DNA of 64,000 nt from Flavobacteriales bacterium (GTDB taxonomy: Bacteria > Bacteroidota > Bacteroidia > Flavobacteriales_F > PHOS-HE28), in contig JBDTSG010000094.1 in assembly GCA_039931265.1 (NCBI GenBank), positions 17,448 through 81,447 of the forward strand, given 5' to 3'. Positions 49,693 to 58,378 of this stretch are shown piece by piece. The translations under genes and the position numbers were made by a program. Position 1 is the first letter of the stretch. Each line of letters starts with the position of its first letter. Below the pieces are notes generated by a model. It saw nothing but the letters and a program-made list of their open reading frames with translations. It was not told where the DNA came from and did no database searches.

Positions 49693-50004
49693 TCACGGTT
49701 CATGGACGTCCCGCCCTTCCGTCTTTTTGGGATCGCGTCCTGCGCGGTCCAAGTTGGGGCGGGCCTCACCTTTTCCCGTGACTTCCTTCCCTGCTTTGCT
49801 TCCCTTCGGGTCGATGCCTGTTGAGTGCGTGGCGACGGGACTGCCCTCCCCTCTCTCCGCGCCCGGGATCTCCGCAGGGTACGGCCCGTCCTTGTACTCG
49901 GGTGATACCAACATGTCGTTGCTCTCCGGCCCTTGCGGTGTGCTGGGCGGAACGGTGTTCGGGTTCAACGGGCGGTTCTCGCCATCCTTGCGTGCAGGCT
50001 TCAT
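49693..50004 (-). CDS. Hydrophilic low-complexity hypothetical protein
   Basis: MKPARKDGENRPLNP...; sigma54-like TGGCGCGGGCTTTGT about 39 nt upstream. Confidence 0.55.
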   Translation of the reverse strand: MKPARKDGENRPLNPNTVPPSTPQGPESNDMLVSPEYKDGPYPAEIPGAERGEGSPVATHSTGIDPKGSKAGKEVTGKGEARPNLDRAGRDPKKTEGRDVHEP

Positions 50005-50191
50005 CGTGAGCTTGTTTATACCCATCGCGACAAAGCCCGCGCCATCGCGAACCGGCCCGGTCAAAGCCACGATCCCGGTGTCCTTCAAGAATGACATTCC
50101 CACAAGAGAAAGGACCCGCGTGTCATTGCCCCTTACCGCCCGGGCTGGAAATGATCAACACCGGACCGCAATTTGCCATGGCATTGGTGCT

Positions 50192-50539
50192 ATGGAAAAA
50201 CTCATCAACCGGCTGCGCGATCTTGCCGCAAAGAAGGATCGCTTCGTGTACGACCTGCGTGGCAATTGCGTGGTATACAGCGGTGTTGTGTGTCCCTATC
50301 GTGCCATAACCGCGGACGGAAACGCACAACTATCAGTGGCCATATTGGATGCCTTGGAACACGAGAGCATCCTTATGGGATCGCGCGGTATTGACGGGAC
50401 GGCGGTTTACGAAAGCTGCCGACTGTTCACCAACGTCGACCAAGCCATGCGCTTCGCTAAGAGCCAAGGACGGAATACTGTTTACAGCCTTAACCGCCAG
50501 GTGCTCCTGGAGGTGGAAGCACGGCCAGTGGCAGCATAG
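50192..50539 (+). CDS. Hypothetical protein
   Basis: MEKLINRLRD...AMRFAKSQGRNTVYSL; -24/-12-like CGGACCGCAATTTGC upstream. Confidence 0.6.
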   Translation: MEKLINRLRDLAAKKDRFVYDLRGNCVVYSGVVCPYRAITADGNAQLSVAILDALEHESILMGSRGIDGTAVYESCRLFTNVDQAMRFAKSQGRNTVYSLNRQVLLEVEARPVAA

Positions 50540-50687
50540 TCCGATGGCGTAGGGAGGTATCGCACACGGCATCATTGTGGAGCTATTTCCATTCGCGCCA
50601 ACCAAGGATCGGCCACCACTCCCGCCCAGCGTGATGAGCCCCCCGCGACGCTGAAGTGCGCCTATGATAGCGAGCGGAGCGAGGAAA

Positions 50688-50969
50688 CTAGGTCGGGCGG
50701 TACTGCTTCCATCCGTTCATGATCCAGCTGATCACGTCGGTGGAAGAGGAACTTGAGGCGTAACCGAAGGCCTCGCGTGCCAAAGCCACCAAACGCTTTC
50801 CTTCCGGAGTAAGGTGAAGACCGACCCGTGACCGCTCGGAGCACTTCCTGCATAACTCGGCGTGCTGCGCGTAGAACGCCTTCTGTACTTCGGGGTCGCG
50901 TTTGGATCTGGGCACAGGCAAGTTGAATGAGTATACGTTTTTATGGGATTTTACGCTTGCATAACGCAT
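50688..50969 (-). CDS. Hypothetical protein
   Basis: ORF only; helical C-half; start is uncertain. Confidence 0.35.
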   Translation of the reverse strand: MRYASVKSHKNVYSFNLPVPRSKRDPEVQKAFYAQHAELCRKCSERSRVGLHLTPEGKRLVALAREAFGYASSSSSTDVISWIMNGWKQYRPT

Positions 50970-51295
50970 GCCCCTTTCAACCGTCCCGGTTTCGCTTCCC
51001 GGACCAGCATCAGCGTGTCGGTTCAGTGCATGCGCGCGGTGGGGCAACGGTCGTGTCGCACTAGTGTGTGGGACCCATCGGGGAATTCATTGCACAAGCC
51101 GCCTGGATGGCTGCATACCTGTTCCGGAACTGTAACGGTTCGGGTGTCATGTGCTTGCCCAGCGTCTTGAAGGCTGCGGAAAACCTTGCCCGCCAAATTC
51201 CGCCGGAGTGCAACCTGTTCCCCATGTCGGCTTCTCGCACCCACTCGGATCACAATGGCATGCAGGATGGAATGAAGGGACCACAAACCATTTCC

Positions 51296-51577
51296 ATGAT
51301 ACCTGTCCCACCCTCCTTGGACGCATTCAAGCGGCTCATCGCGCAACAAAGCCTAAAGCCGCTCTACTCCGGCGACCGCATCCGTGTACAGCGATCACCT
51401 ATCACCACCATACGTGGAAAGGAGTTCGTAGTGATCGAGCAGACCGAGGATGGCACACTGACGTGCCGCAGCATTTCAGGCTCCGCAGTGTTCAAGCTCT
51501 TCAGCTACCAAGTACGACTGGTACACCGACCGATTCTGAACACCGTGCGAACCCTCTTCGCGGTGTTCGCCGTGTAA
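51296..51577 (+). CDS. Hypothetical small beta-rich protein
   Basis: GDRIRV...GKEFVVIE...DGTLTC pattern (SH3/KOW-like); TGGCATGCAGGATGG about 39 nt upstream. Confidence 0.5.
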   Translation: MIPVPPSLDAFKRLIAQQSLKPLYSGDRIRVQRSPITTIRGKEFVVIEQTEDGTLTCRSISGSAVFKLFSYQVRLVHRPILNTVRTLFAVFAV

Positions 51578-51614
51578 CCCGAAATGAGCTAGCTCCCTTT
51601 TGGAATCCTGAGCC

Positions 51615-52049
51615 ATGAACAAGGATGAACAAGCCATCCGCGCTCTTGTCGACCGTTGGTGGGCGGCAAGCCGCGAAAACGATGTGGATGCGACGCTGAC
51701 AATGGTAGCCGACGACGTGTTGTTCACGGTCAACGGCACCGAGCCCTTCAGCAGGGATGTGTTCGAAAAACAGGCGCTCAAGATGAAGGACGTCCGTATG
51801 GAAGGGAACACGCGGGTCCTGGAGATCGAAGTGTTGGGTGATCGTGCTTGGATGCGCGCCTATCTCACCGTGCGCATGGAATTCCCCGATGGCAACAGCA
51901 TGGAACGCGAAGGATACCTGTTGACCATCCTGCGCAGGGAACAAGACGGGCGATGGGTCATTTTCCGCGAAGCGAACATGCTGCCGGCAATGGACTTGAA
52001 AGGTGCCGGAGCAAAAAGATCGGAAAGTCACGAGCGTTGCATTGCATGA
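51615..52049 (+). CDS. NTF2-like DUF4440 / SgcJ-EcaC family protein
   Basis: DEQAIRALVDRW, ADDVLF, EIEVLGDRAW, LTILRR..DGRW...REANML. Confidence 0.9.
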   Translation: MNKDEQAIRALVDRWWAASRENDVDATLTMVADDVLFTVNGTEPFSRDVFEKQALKMKDVRMEGNTRVLEIEVLGDRAWMRAYLTVRMEFPDGNSMEREGYLLTILRREQDGRWVIFREANMLPAMDLKGAGAKRSESHERCIA

Positions 52050-52816
52050 ACAGCCCTGGATCACGGCATGCCGATCGCCGCGGTACGGATATGAAGGAAT
52101 GGTTGCGGATCGGCACTGCAGGCTGGCAGTTGCCCAAGACCTTCAGGGAATTGTTCCAGGCGGAAGGCTCGCAATTGGAGAAGTACTCGGGCCGGTTCAA
52201 TGCGATTGAGATCAACAGCACGTTCTACAGGCTGCCGCGTGCGGCTACGGTGGAGCGCTGGGCCGCGGCGGTACCTGCGGATTTCCGCTTTGCCGTCAAG
52301 TTGCCCAAGCGCATTACGCATGAAGCGCAACTCCGCAACGTCGGTGCTGCGGTACATCAATTCGCCGATGTGATGGAGGCGTTCGGCGCGCACGCTGGCC
52401 CGGTGCTGGTCCAAATGCCACCGCGCTTGGCCTTTTCCTCGGTCGCGGAGGACTTCCTTCATCAACTGCACGAGCAAGGTTTCCCATCGGTAGTTGTGGA
52501 ACCCCGGCACAGCAGCTGGTTCACCGCTGACGTGAACGCGATGTTGCTGCGCTTGGATATCGCACGGGTGGCCGCTGATCCGCCGCGAGCGGACGGGGAT
52601 GGGATTCCCGGAGGGCGTGGGACCTTGGCCTATTATCGCTGGCATGGGCAGCCGCGTGTCTATTGGTCTGCTTACGACGACGCCACCTTGCACAACCTCG
52701 CCACAACGATCCGTTCACGCGCGGCCAATGCCAAAGAAGTGTGGGTGATCTTCGACAATACCGCGTTCGGTGCCGCAACGGGCAATGCACTTACCCTGCT
52801 CGGATCGTTCCCTTGA
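52046..52816 (+). CDS. DUF72 family protein (YecE-like)
   Basis: RIGTAGW, IEINSTFY, FRFAVKLPKRITH, EPRHSSW, YYRWHG, WVIFDNT. Start is 52046 or 52091. Confidence 0.93.
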   Translation: MNSPGSRHADRRGTDMKEWLRIGTAGWQLPKTFRELFQAEGSQLEKYSGRFNAIEINSTFYRLPRAATVERWAAAVPADFRFAVKLPKRITHEAQLRNVGAAVHQFADVMEAFGAHAGPVLVQMPPRLAFSSVAEDFLHQLHEQGFPSVVVEPRHSSWFTADVNAMLLRLDIARVAADPPRADGDGIPGGRGTLAYYRWHGQPRVYWSAYDDATLHNLATTIRSRAANAKEVWVIFDNTAFGAATGNALTLLGSFP

Positions 52817-52890
52817 CCGGTGGCGGTCGCGGGGGACCCGGCAAAACTTTAGGCGGTCATTAGCCATCGGCGTCCCCGCACACGCTCGGC

Positions 52891-53014
52891 CAATGTCATT
52901 AAGTTAAGGGTGCCTAAGGCATTCTTCCAGCAGGTATCCGTCCGGTCCTGCTGGTAGCCGCGCGTGGACTATGGGTCGGACGCAACCACAACCGACCTTA
53001 ACTTAATGACATTG
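52891..53014. mobile_element. 124-bp MITE with IS4-type terminal inverted repeats and a 10-bp target site duplication
   Basis: Perfect 19-bp TIRs caatgtcattaagttaagg (52891-52909) and ccttaacttaatgacattg (52996-53014). Direct repeat cacgctcggc sits immediately outside both ends (52881-52890, 53015-53024). Confidence 0.88.
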
Positions 53015-53083
53015 CACGCTCGGCTGTCTCTTTGTGCACGCGCTCGAGTCTTCCCGATGGCGCTCTCAGTCCAGAGCCTTATT

Positions 53084-53400
53084 CTATGTCATATCCAAGC
53101 GCTTGATCGGTACTTCCGCAGCGTTGGTCATGTAAGGTCGTACCACGTAAGGGGTGCGGGCCAAAATCACCGCGCAGATGCGGTGGACAAGCTTTATTGG
53201 GGAAGGGCATTGAGAACGCTCATGGCATTCTTGCCTTCGGCGAGTTTGCGCTGGTAGATGCGCGAAGTTCCGTGTGCGCTGCAGGACACCGAGGGCAGCC
53301 ATGTGCAGCAGCGCCTTCAAGCGTTTGTCAGCATGATGTTCTTGCCACGCACCATGCCCATACGCAGTTCGATTTCCAAGGGGTGTGCCACCCAACTTCC
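53084..53400 (-). pseudogene. IS110-family transposase C-terminal remnant with several frameshifts
   Basis: Across frames: VRGK..HADKRLKALLHMAALG / ELRA.YQRKLAEGKNAMSVLNA / KLVHRICAVI..RTPY. Confidence 0.82.
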
Positions 53401-54041
53401 GGCAGTTGGGCAACCGCATGGGCTTCAGCGTGCAAACCCTGCATAGCCACTGCAAGAACATACGTCACAAGACCGGTGCGCACAGTTAAGGAGTTGGTGC
53501 AACTGCCGCTGAAAGGCGGCTTGAATGGCGTTGTGAAGCCTTCGTCAAGGGGCTCTTCAAGCTCAAAACCGCGCGTTGTAGCATACGATGATCGCGCGAC
53601 GCTATATCACGCTGCGATCACACCATACGACGATCGGAAATGCCAACACTGCGATCGTGCCGTACGCGCGTTCCACATGCTCCGGTGCAGGCGGTGCGCG
53701 GTGGTGCGGTGCTGTGCGGCTGCCGTGCAACGTGGCGCGCAAGGCGCAAAATGCGCGGTAACACCGGATGTGGTACGATGAGTGAGTACACGATACTTGA
53801 ACTACACCGGGAGTGCATCGAAGCCATGGGGGGTAGCATCGCGCAGGCATCCACCAAGAACGGGGGTCAACACTCTCGTCACTTTAACCACAGCAACAGC
53901 TGTCGCGCGCTGAGAGGTGGCGAATAAAAAGGATGGCCAGGAATATGCCGCGTGTACGTGCGTGTGCGCGTTGCGGATGCGGGCGCAGGATTCCTCCCGC
54001 TCGGCTGAACCGAAAGTCGATCTGGGATAACCGCAGGGCAA

Positions 54042-54075
54042 ACAGAAGGGCGGTGCAAATGCGCCGCCCTTCTGT
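54042..54075 (-). terminator. Hairpin terminator after the T9SS gene
   Basis: 12-bp perfect stem acagaagggcgg...ccgcccttctgt, about 20 nt past the stop at 54095. Confidence 0.6.
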
Positions 54076-54094
54076 CTTACGATCGGTTGAGCGC

Positions 54095-54757
54095 TCAGTA
54101 TTTGTTCACCCGACGCAGCACGGTGCCGCGATCCGTTGCGATCCGTACCAAGTAGGTGCCTCGTGCCAGTTCGGTCATGGGGATGGTCGACAACCCTGTG
54201 CCTGCACGCACCGCGACCTCCCGACCACTGAGGTCGGCAATGCGTACTTCTTCCACCTGCGCGGTGCCGCTGATGATCGTCAGCATGTCGTCGACGGGGT
54301 TCGGGTACAGTTGGAGTTCCACTTCGGCCTGCTCCTCCACGCCTACACCGGAGCAACCGTTGCCGGGCGCGCTGGTGTAATTGAATACCACCGCACCGGT
54401 ACCACAAGCCGTGATCATGTTGTTGGTACCCTGATCGCTGATGGACGAAACACTCTGCGCGTAAATGGTGTTGTTGCTGCCGAGCACGCCAAGGAAATTG
54501 CCCTTGTAGTAGATGGTGTTACTGCCACCGTTGATGCTGACGAAGGCACCGGATTCGATCCAGATCTGGTTGTTGCTGCCGGTGAAGATCTTCTGGAACG
54601 CATCGCCGCATACCCAGTAGGTGCCACCGCTGCCGGGGATCTGCGCGGCGCTGGCGTTGTTGATCACCGCAACGGAGCCGGGCACGGCGCTGGTGCATTG
54701 GGCAACGGCCGCTGTGGAAGCAACGAGGCAGATGGAAAGTGTAATGGTTCTGTTCAT
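54095..54757 (-). CDS. Small beta-helix-like (GSNN repeats) secreted protein with T9SS CTD
   Basis: Signal ending AVAQC; G(S/T)NNxI repeats; LYPNPV...DLSGR...GTYLV. TAGGTTTG -7 box at 54774-54781. Confidence 0.88.
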   Translation of the reverse strand: MNRTITLSICLVASTAAVAQCTSAVPGSVAVINNASAAQIPGSGGTYWVCGDAFQKIFTGSNNQIWIESGAFVSINGGSNTIYYKGNFLGVLGSNNTIYAQSVSSISDQGTNNMITACGTGAVVFNYTSAPGNGCSGVGVEEQAEVELQLYPNPVDDMLTIISGTAQVEEVRIADLSGREVAVRAGTGLSTIPMTELARGTYLVRIATDRGTVLRRVNKY

Positions 54758-54879
54758 GTGTGTTGGTTTTGTCCAAACCTAAGCAGGCCATCGGCGATCA
54801 CACAACGGTTCGTCACGGTACAACGGGAGTACCGTGCGCGATCCGTTGCCCGTGCTTGCGGCGCATTGTGCCGGGGCGA

Positions 54880-55052
54880 TCATTGGGAGCTATCGGATCT
54901 TGCGCCAGCGGTCTGCGCTGAGTCGACACGCAGGGCATTGTCGTTCGTGTGGCCCCGTGCATCCTCCTGCGGCCAACCCAGATAGAGAAAGACCGCGACG
55001 ACGAGGACCGCGAAGCCGATGGCCCATGGCCATAGCGACCTGTTGTCGGCAT
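54880..55052 (-). pseudogene. Small single-TM protein gene with an apparent 1-nt deletion just after the start codon
   Basis: atg[g]cc would give MADNRSLWPWAIGFAVLVVAVFLYLGWP...; as sequenced, the ATG is out of frame. Confidence 0.4.
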
Positions 55053-55172
55053 GGCAGGAAGGATCGCTACAAGTGTGTGGGCTGAGTTCGGTGCTGGCGA
55101 ACAACCGGATGGCCCGCATTGGCGCACAGGCAGATGCGGCCGAAGTAGTAAGGAGCAATTGCTTGAAAACAA

Positions 55173-55200
55173 AAACGCCCCTGACAAGTCAGGGGCGTTT
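55173..55200 (-). terminator. Intrinsic terminator after yciF
   Basis: aaacgcccctgac-aa-gtcaggggcgttt with a T-tract on the minus strand. Confidence 0.8.
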
Positions 55201-55217
55201 CTCGCAGGTGGTGGCGA

Positions 55218-55868
55218 TCAGTGCTGTTTCGCAGGCATCTTTTTCGGAGCGGCGGCTTTGCCATTGCCCGCTTTGCCATTTCGTGAACCGTTGCCATTGG
55301 AGGCGACTTTGGAGTGGCGCGTGTTACTGCTGTCCTCCTCTTCCTCCTCTTCGTCGTTGCCGTCGTCATCCGTATCGGCCTCGATGTTCACCACGGTTTC
55401 GGCGATGCCGGTGAGCTTCTCATCCGCACCCTTTTCTTCCTCGAGGGTTTCGTCGATGAGCGATACCACATCTTCCAATCCGAGCTGCTCGGCCCATGCC
55501 TTCATGCTGCCGTAGCTGGTGATCTCGTAGTGCTCCACCTTTTGTGCGGCGCATACGAGGCCGGCATCCAATGCAACATCATCGGAGAATTCCTCCATGA
55601 TCTCCTTGCCTTCTTCCAGGATGCCATCGATAGCCGGGCACTTCTGCGCCTTTGCCGGTTTGCCCAGCGCCTCGAACATCTCCTCGATGCGTTTCACGTG
55701 TCCCTCGGTTTCCTGCAGGTGACCTTCGAAGGCCGCCTTCAATTCGTCATCCGTTGCGGCCTTGGCCATCTTGGGCAAGGTCTTAACGAGTTGCTTCTCC
55801 ACATAGTAGAGATCGGCCAACTGGTGTTCCAGCAATTTCATGAGGCCGGTGCTTTCTTGCTTTGCCAT
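55218..55868 (-). CDS. yciF: YciE/YciF ferritin-like protein (DUF892) with acidic/basic tail
   Basis: LADLYYVEKQLVKTLPKMA, HLQETEGHVKRIE, AAQKVEHYEITSYG, TLEEEKGADEKLT. Confidence 0.95.
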   Translation of the reverse strand: MAKQESTGLMKLLEHQLADLYYVEKQLVKTLPKMAKAATDDELKAAFEGHLQETEGHVKRIEEMFEALGKPAKAQKCPAIDGILEEGKEIMEEFSDDVALDAGLVCAAQKVEHYEITSYGSMKAWAEQLGLEDVVSLIDETLEEEKGADEKLTGIAETVVNIEADTDDDGNDEEEEEEDSSNTRHSKVASNGNGSRNGKAGNGKAAAPKKMPAKQH

Positions 55869-55942
55869 AGTTGTGGGTGTTATAGGGTGGATTGAACGTC
55901 CCGTCCGCGGCACTGCATCCGTGAACGGGCGCTGGTTTTTGT

Positions 55943-56338
55943 TCAGCCTTCGGCTTCCGCCTCTTGGCTCATTGCATTGTTATCCTTGGTGCCGGTGGTA
56001 CGTTCAGCATCGTTGCGCTTGCGGTCCGCAGCGTCCTCATCACGAGCGGCTTCCTCATCGCGCTCGCCCTGTTGGTTCGCCGGTTGTCCTTGCTTGTAGG
56101 CGCCTTCTTTGCGGTCGCCCTGTTGCCAAGAACCTTCGTTGCGTAAGCCTTGGCGGTCACTTTCCTTGCCTGCACCGGGTTGGTCTTGCTTGTAGCCCCC
56201 TTGCTGACCGAGTTGGCCGGTGCCATCAGCACCACCCTCCTTGCGGCCTTGCTCACCTTGACCGGCCTGTTTGCCCTGGCCAGGGTTGCCTGGGGCACCG
56301 CCTTGGGCGGAACCCCGGATATCATTACGCTCTGCCAT
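55943..56338 (-). CDS. Gly/Gln-rich hydrophilin-like disordered protein
   Basis: Almost no hydrophobic residues; A/C-rich leader before ATG 56338. Confidence 0.7.
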   Translation of the reverse strand: MAERNDIRGSAQGGAPGNPGQGKQAGQGEQGRKEGGADGTGQLGQQGGYKQDQPGAGKESDRQGLRNEGSWQQGDRKEGAYKQGQPANQQGERDEEAARDEDAADRKRNDAERTTGTKDNNAMSQEAEAEG

Positions 56339-56723
56339 TGTAGTAGGATATTGAGTGTTGTTGTAGCGCTCCGGCAGGTGCCGCTTTCGGCACTTCCACC
56401 GGAGCTGATACTGCACAGGCAGATCGTTCACCGATCGTTTCACATCGCGATTCGCCCGTTCTGAGAGCCTTGCTGGACAAGCGTTGCGCGATTTCTCTGG
56501 CGATGGATCGGACCGTGCCAATGCGACTTTCCTGTGGAATACACTGCTCGCTGCGGGCGATTTTTTCCGCAGAACTGCCGCACTTCAGGAAGTGGGGAAT
56601 TGCATGCACGATCCCGCATCTGATTTCCACAACTGCTATCGTCCTTCGCGCTCGCGCGCGCTCAAAAGGCAGGGCATTGGCACGGCATCATTCCTGACAA
56701 TGCTGCGCTAAAACCTTGAACCC

Positions 56724-56888
56724 ATGAACAATCTGCTCAACATCATCATCGTGCTGCTCATCGTAGGCTGGCTGGTCGGTTTCATCGGATTCGGCGCCAT
56801 GGTCGGTAACATGATCCACATCTTGATCGTGTTGGCGGTGATCGCCATTATCTACCGCTTGGTGACCGGTCGCAAGGCCGACCTTTGA
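56724..56888 (+). CDS. lmo0937 (DUF5670) family small membrane protein, 54 aa (not in the ORF track)
   Basis: MNNLLNIIIVLLIVGWLVGFIGFGAMVGNMIHILIVLAVIAIIYRLVTGRKADL. Confidence 0.9.
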   Translation: MNNLLNIIIVLLIVGWLVGFIGFGAMVGNMIHILIVLAVIAIIYRLVTGRKADL

Positions 56889-56901
56889 GACACACACGGT
56901 G

Positions 56902-56941
56902 AAAAGGAACCCCGGGCTGGAGCGGCCGGGGTTTTCTTTTT
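56902..56941 (+). terminator. Intrinsic terminator
   Basis: aaccccgg...ccggggtt stem followed by ttcttttt. Confidence 0.75.
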
Positions 56942-57086
56942 GGAAGCGGTCATGAGGCTCGTGGTGAAGAGCATAGCCAACTCACGCTTGTGGGATCGGT
57001 TCCACGATCAACAAGTGCGTTCGCGATCAATGCCGGTCGGCCCTTGATCTGTTGTTCTTGTCTTGAACGACCAGACCTTACAAGCC

Positions 57087-57212
57087 ATGAAAACCAACGA
57101 GCCGAAACCGACCACCACCCCCAACCAACCGATGCCGAAACGCGAAAGTCCGGACCCACCGGGTGAACGCCCGCGACGCCGCACGTTCGTGGAACCCACG
57201 TTCCGGCACTAG
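57087..57212 (+). CDS. Putative 41-aa Pro-rich small protein (not in the ORF track)
   Basis: MKTNEPKPTTTPNQPMPKRESPDPPGERPRRRTFVEPTFRH; A/C-rich leader and a downstream hairpin. Confidence 0.45.
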   Translation: MKTNEPKPTTTPNQPMPKRESPDPPGERPRRRTFVEPTFRH

Positions 57213-57230
57213 GACGCTAGCGAACAGCCC

Positions 57231-57265
57231 ATTGAACAGGCCGCCTTCCAGGCGGCCTGTTCAAT
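57231..57265. terminator. 15-bp perfect hairpin between convergent genes
   Basis: attgaacaggccgcc-ttcca-ggcggcctgttcaat. Confidence 0.7.
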
Positions 57266-57268
57266 TTC

Positions 57269-57691
57269 TCATCCTTCCAATGGCGAGCGCGCGGCGAGCA
57301 GCCAGCCGATAACGAACGAGGCGTGTATGAGCCCATCCAAAAAGTAGGGCCATGAGATGGTACCCATGAGCGAAGCGGTAATGGCCACGAGCGCCAGCAC
57401 GCCGGATATTCCGCCTGCCATTATCCCGAGGCTACTGCCGATGTACCGCCGCCTGAGCGCGTCGTGCAACAACACCGCACCGAGCACCAGCAGGATACCG
57501 GCCACGGTGCGCACCAACCAGTCGTCGTGCTTTGGTCCGGTGACCGCTTCGAAGCCGCGCATGTTTAAAAGCGCCCATCCGCCCCCGGCAATGTCGTACG
57601 CGCCTTGCACGCAGGCCAAGATGATCCTCGTGTTCCTCGTCTTCCGGCGTGCTGTTGTGTCGGCCATGCGTTCTTTCGCGGCCAGTTCCAT
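57269..57691 (-). CDS. Conserved 4-TM hypothetical membrane protein
   Basis: QGAY...GGWALL...FEAVTGPKHDDWLVRTVAG...ISWPYFLD. Confidence 0.8.
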   Translation of the reverse strand: MELAAKERMADTTARRKTRNTRIILACVQGAYDIAGGGWALLNMRGFEAVTGPKHDDWLVRTVAGILLVLGAVLLHDALRRRYIGSSLGIMAGGISGVLALVAITASLMGTISWPYFLDGLIHASFVIGWLLAARSPLEG

Positions 57692-57763
57692 TCCGTCCGG
57701 CACGCGCTGTGTCGGGATCATGGAAATGCAATGCCACGATAGGGCAACGCACCCAAAAGCGAA

Positions 57764-58197
57764 ATGGAAGATGGGAAGAATGCAGTGGTGCTCGTGGCCG
57801 ATGCGGTGATCGCCGATGAACAGGAACGCATCTTCATGTGTGCCGCGCGCACGAACCTTTCCAGGATCAATGGCCCCTTCCCGGTGGCAAGGTGGAGCCT
57901 GGGGAAACGGTGGAACAGGCGGTGATCCAGGAAGCGCAAGAGGAGACTTTCCTTGACCTGATCGTTGAGGGTTTGGTCGGTGTGTATTCCGAACCCGGAC
58001 GGGATCCACGCGGATCGTCCGTGAGCATCGCGTATCACGCGACTTTCGCCGGAGGCGCGCCGGCATTGACGCAAGAAACCACCGCCTTCCGTTGGTTGGA
58101 ACCCGGTGAGGAATGTGCCATGGGTTGCGACGACGAAAAAATCGTGTCGGATTTCCGAAAAGCCGTCATAAGAACAACTCCTGCCGAGCGCACATGA
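57764..58197 (+). pseudogene. Frameshifted NUDIX hydrolase
   Basis: MEDGKNAVVLVADAVIADEQERIFM (frame from 57764) switches at the tgtgtg run (about 57836-57842) to CRAHEPFQDQWPLPGGKVEPGETVEQAVIQEAQEET...YSEPGRDPRG. The Nudix-box Arg is replaced by Gln. Confidence 0.8.
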
Positions 58198-58378
58198 AAG
58201 CCCACGCCAAGAACAACAACGGTTGGAAGACCTTCGTTCGCGGGCACAAATACCGCAGCACTGCCTGCCCGATTTGTTGGAAAGGGAACACCCGGAAAAA
58301 AGGGAATGCCCCCCGGAAATGATCCGGAGGGCATCCTTGTTCGCGGTACGCACCCCCATGCGCACCGCATTCCGATGT

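Noticed and set aside
49575-49781. 68-aa plus-strand ORF after General stress protein 26
   Set aside because: Overlaps the better-supported minus-strand ORF 49693..50004 by 89 nt and has no motif; left uncalled.
53481-53490. AGTTAAG resembling another IS4-type end
   Set aside because: Only 7 nt match; no partner repeat or target duplication was found.
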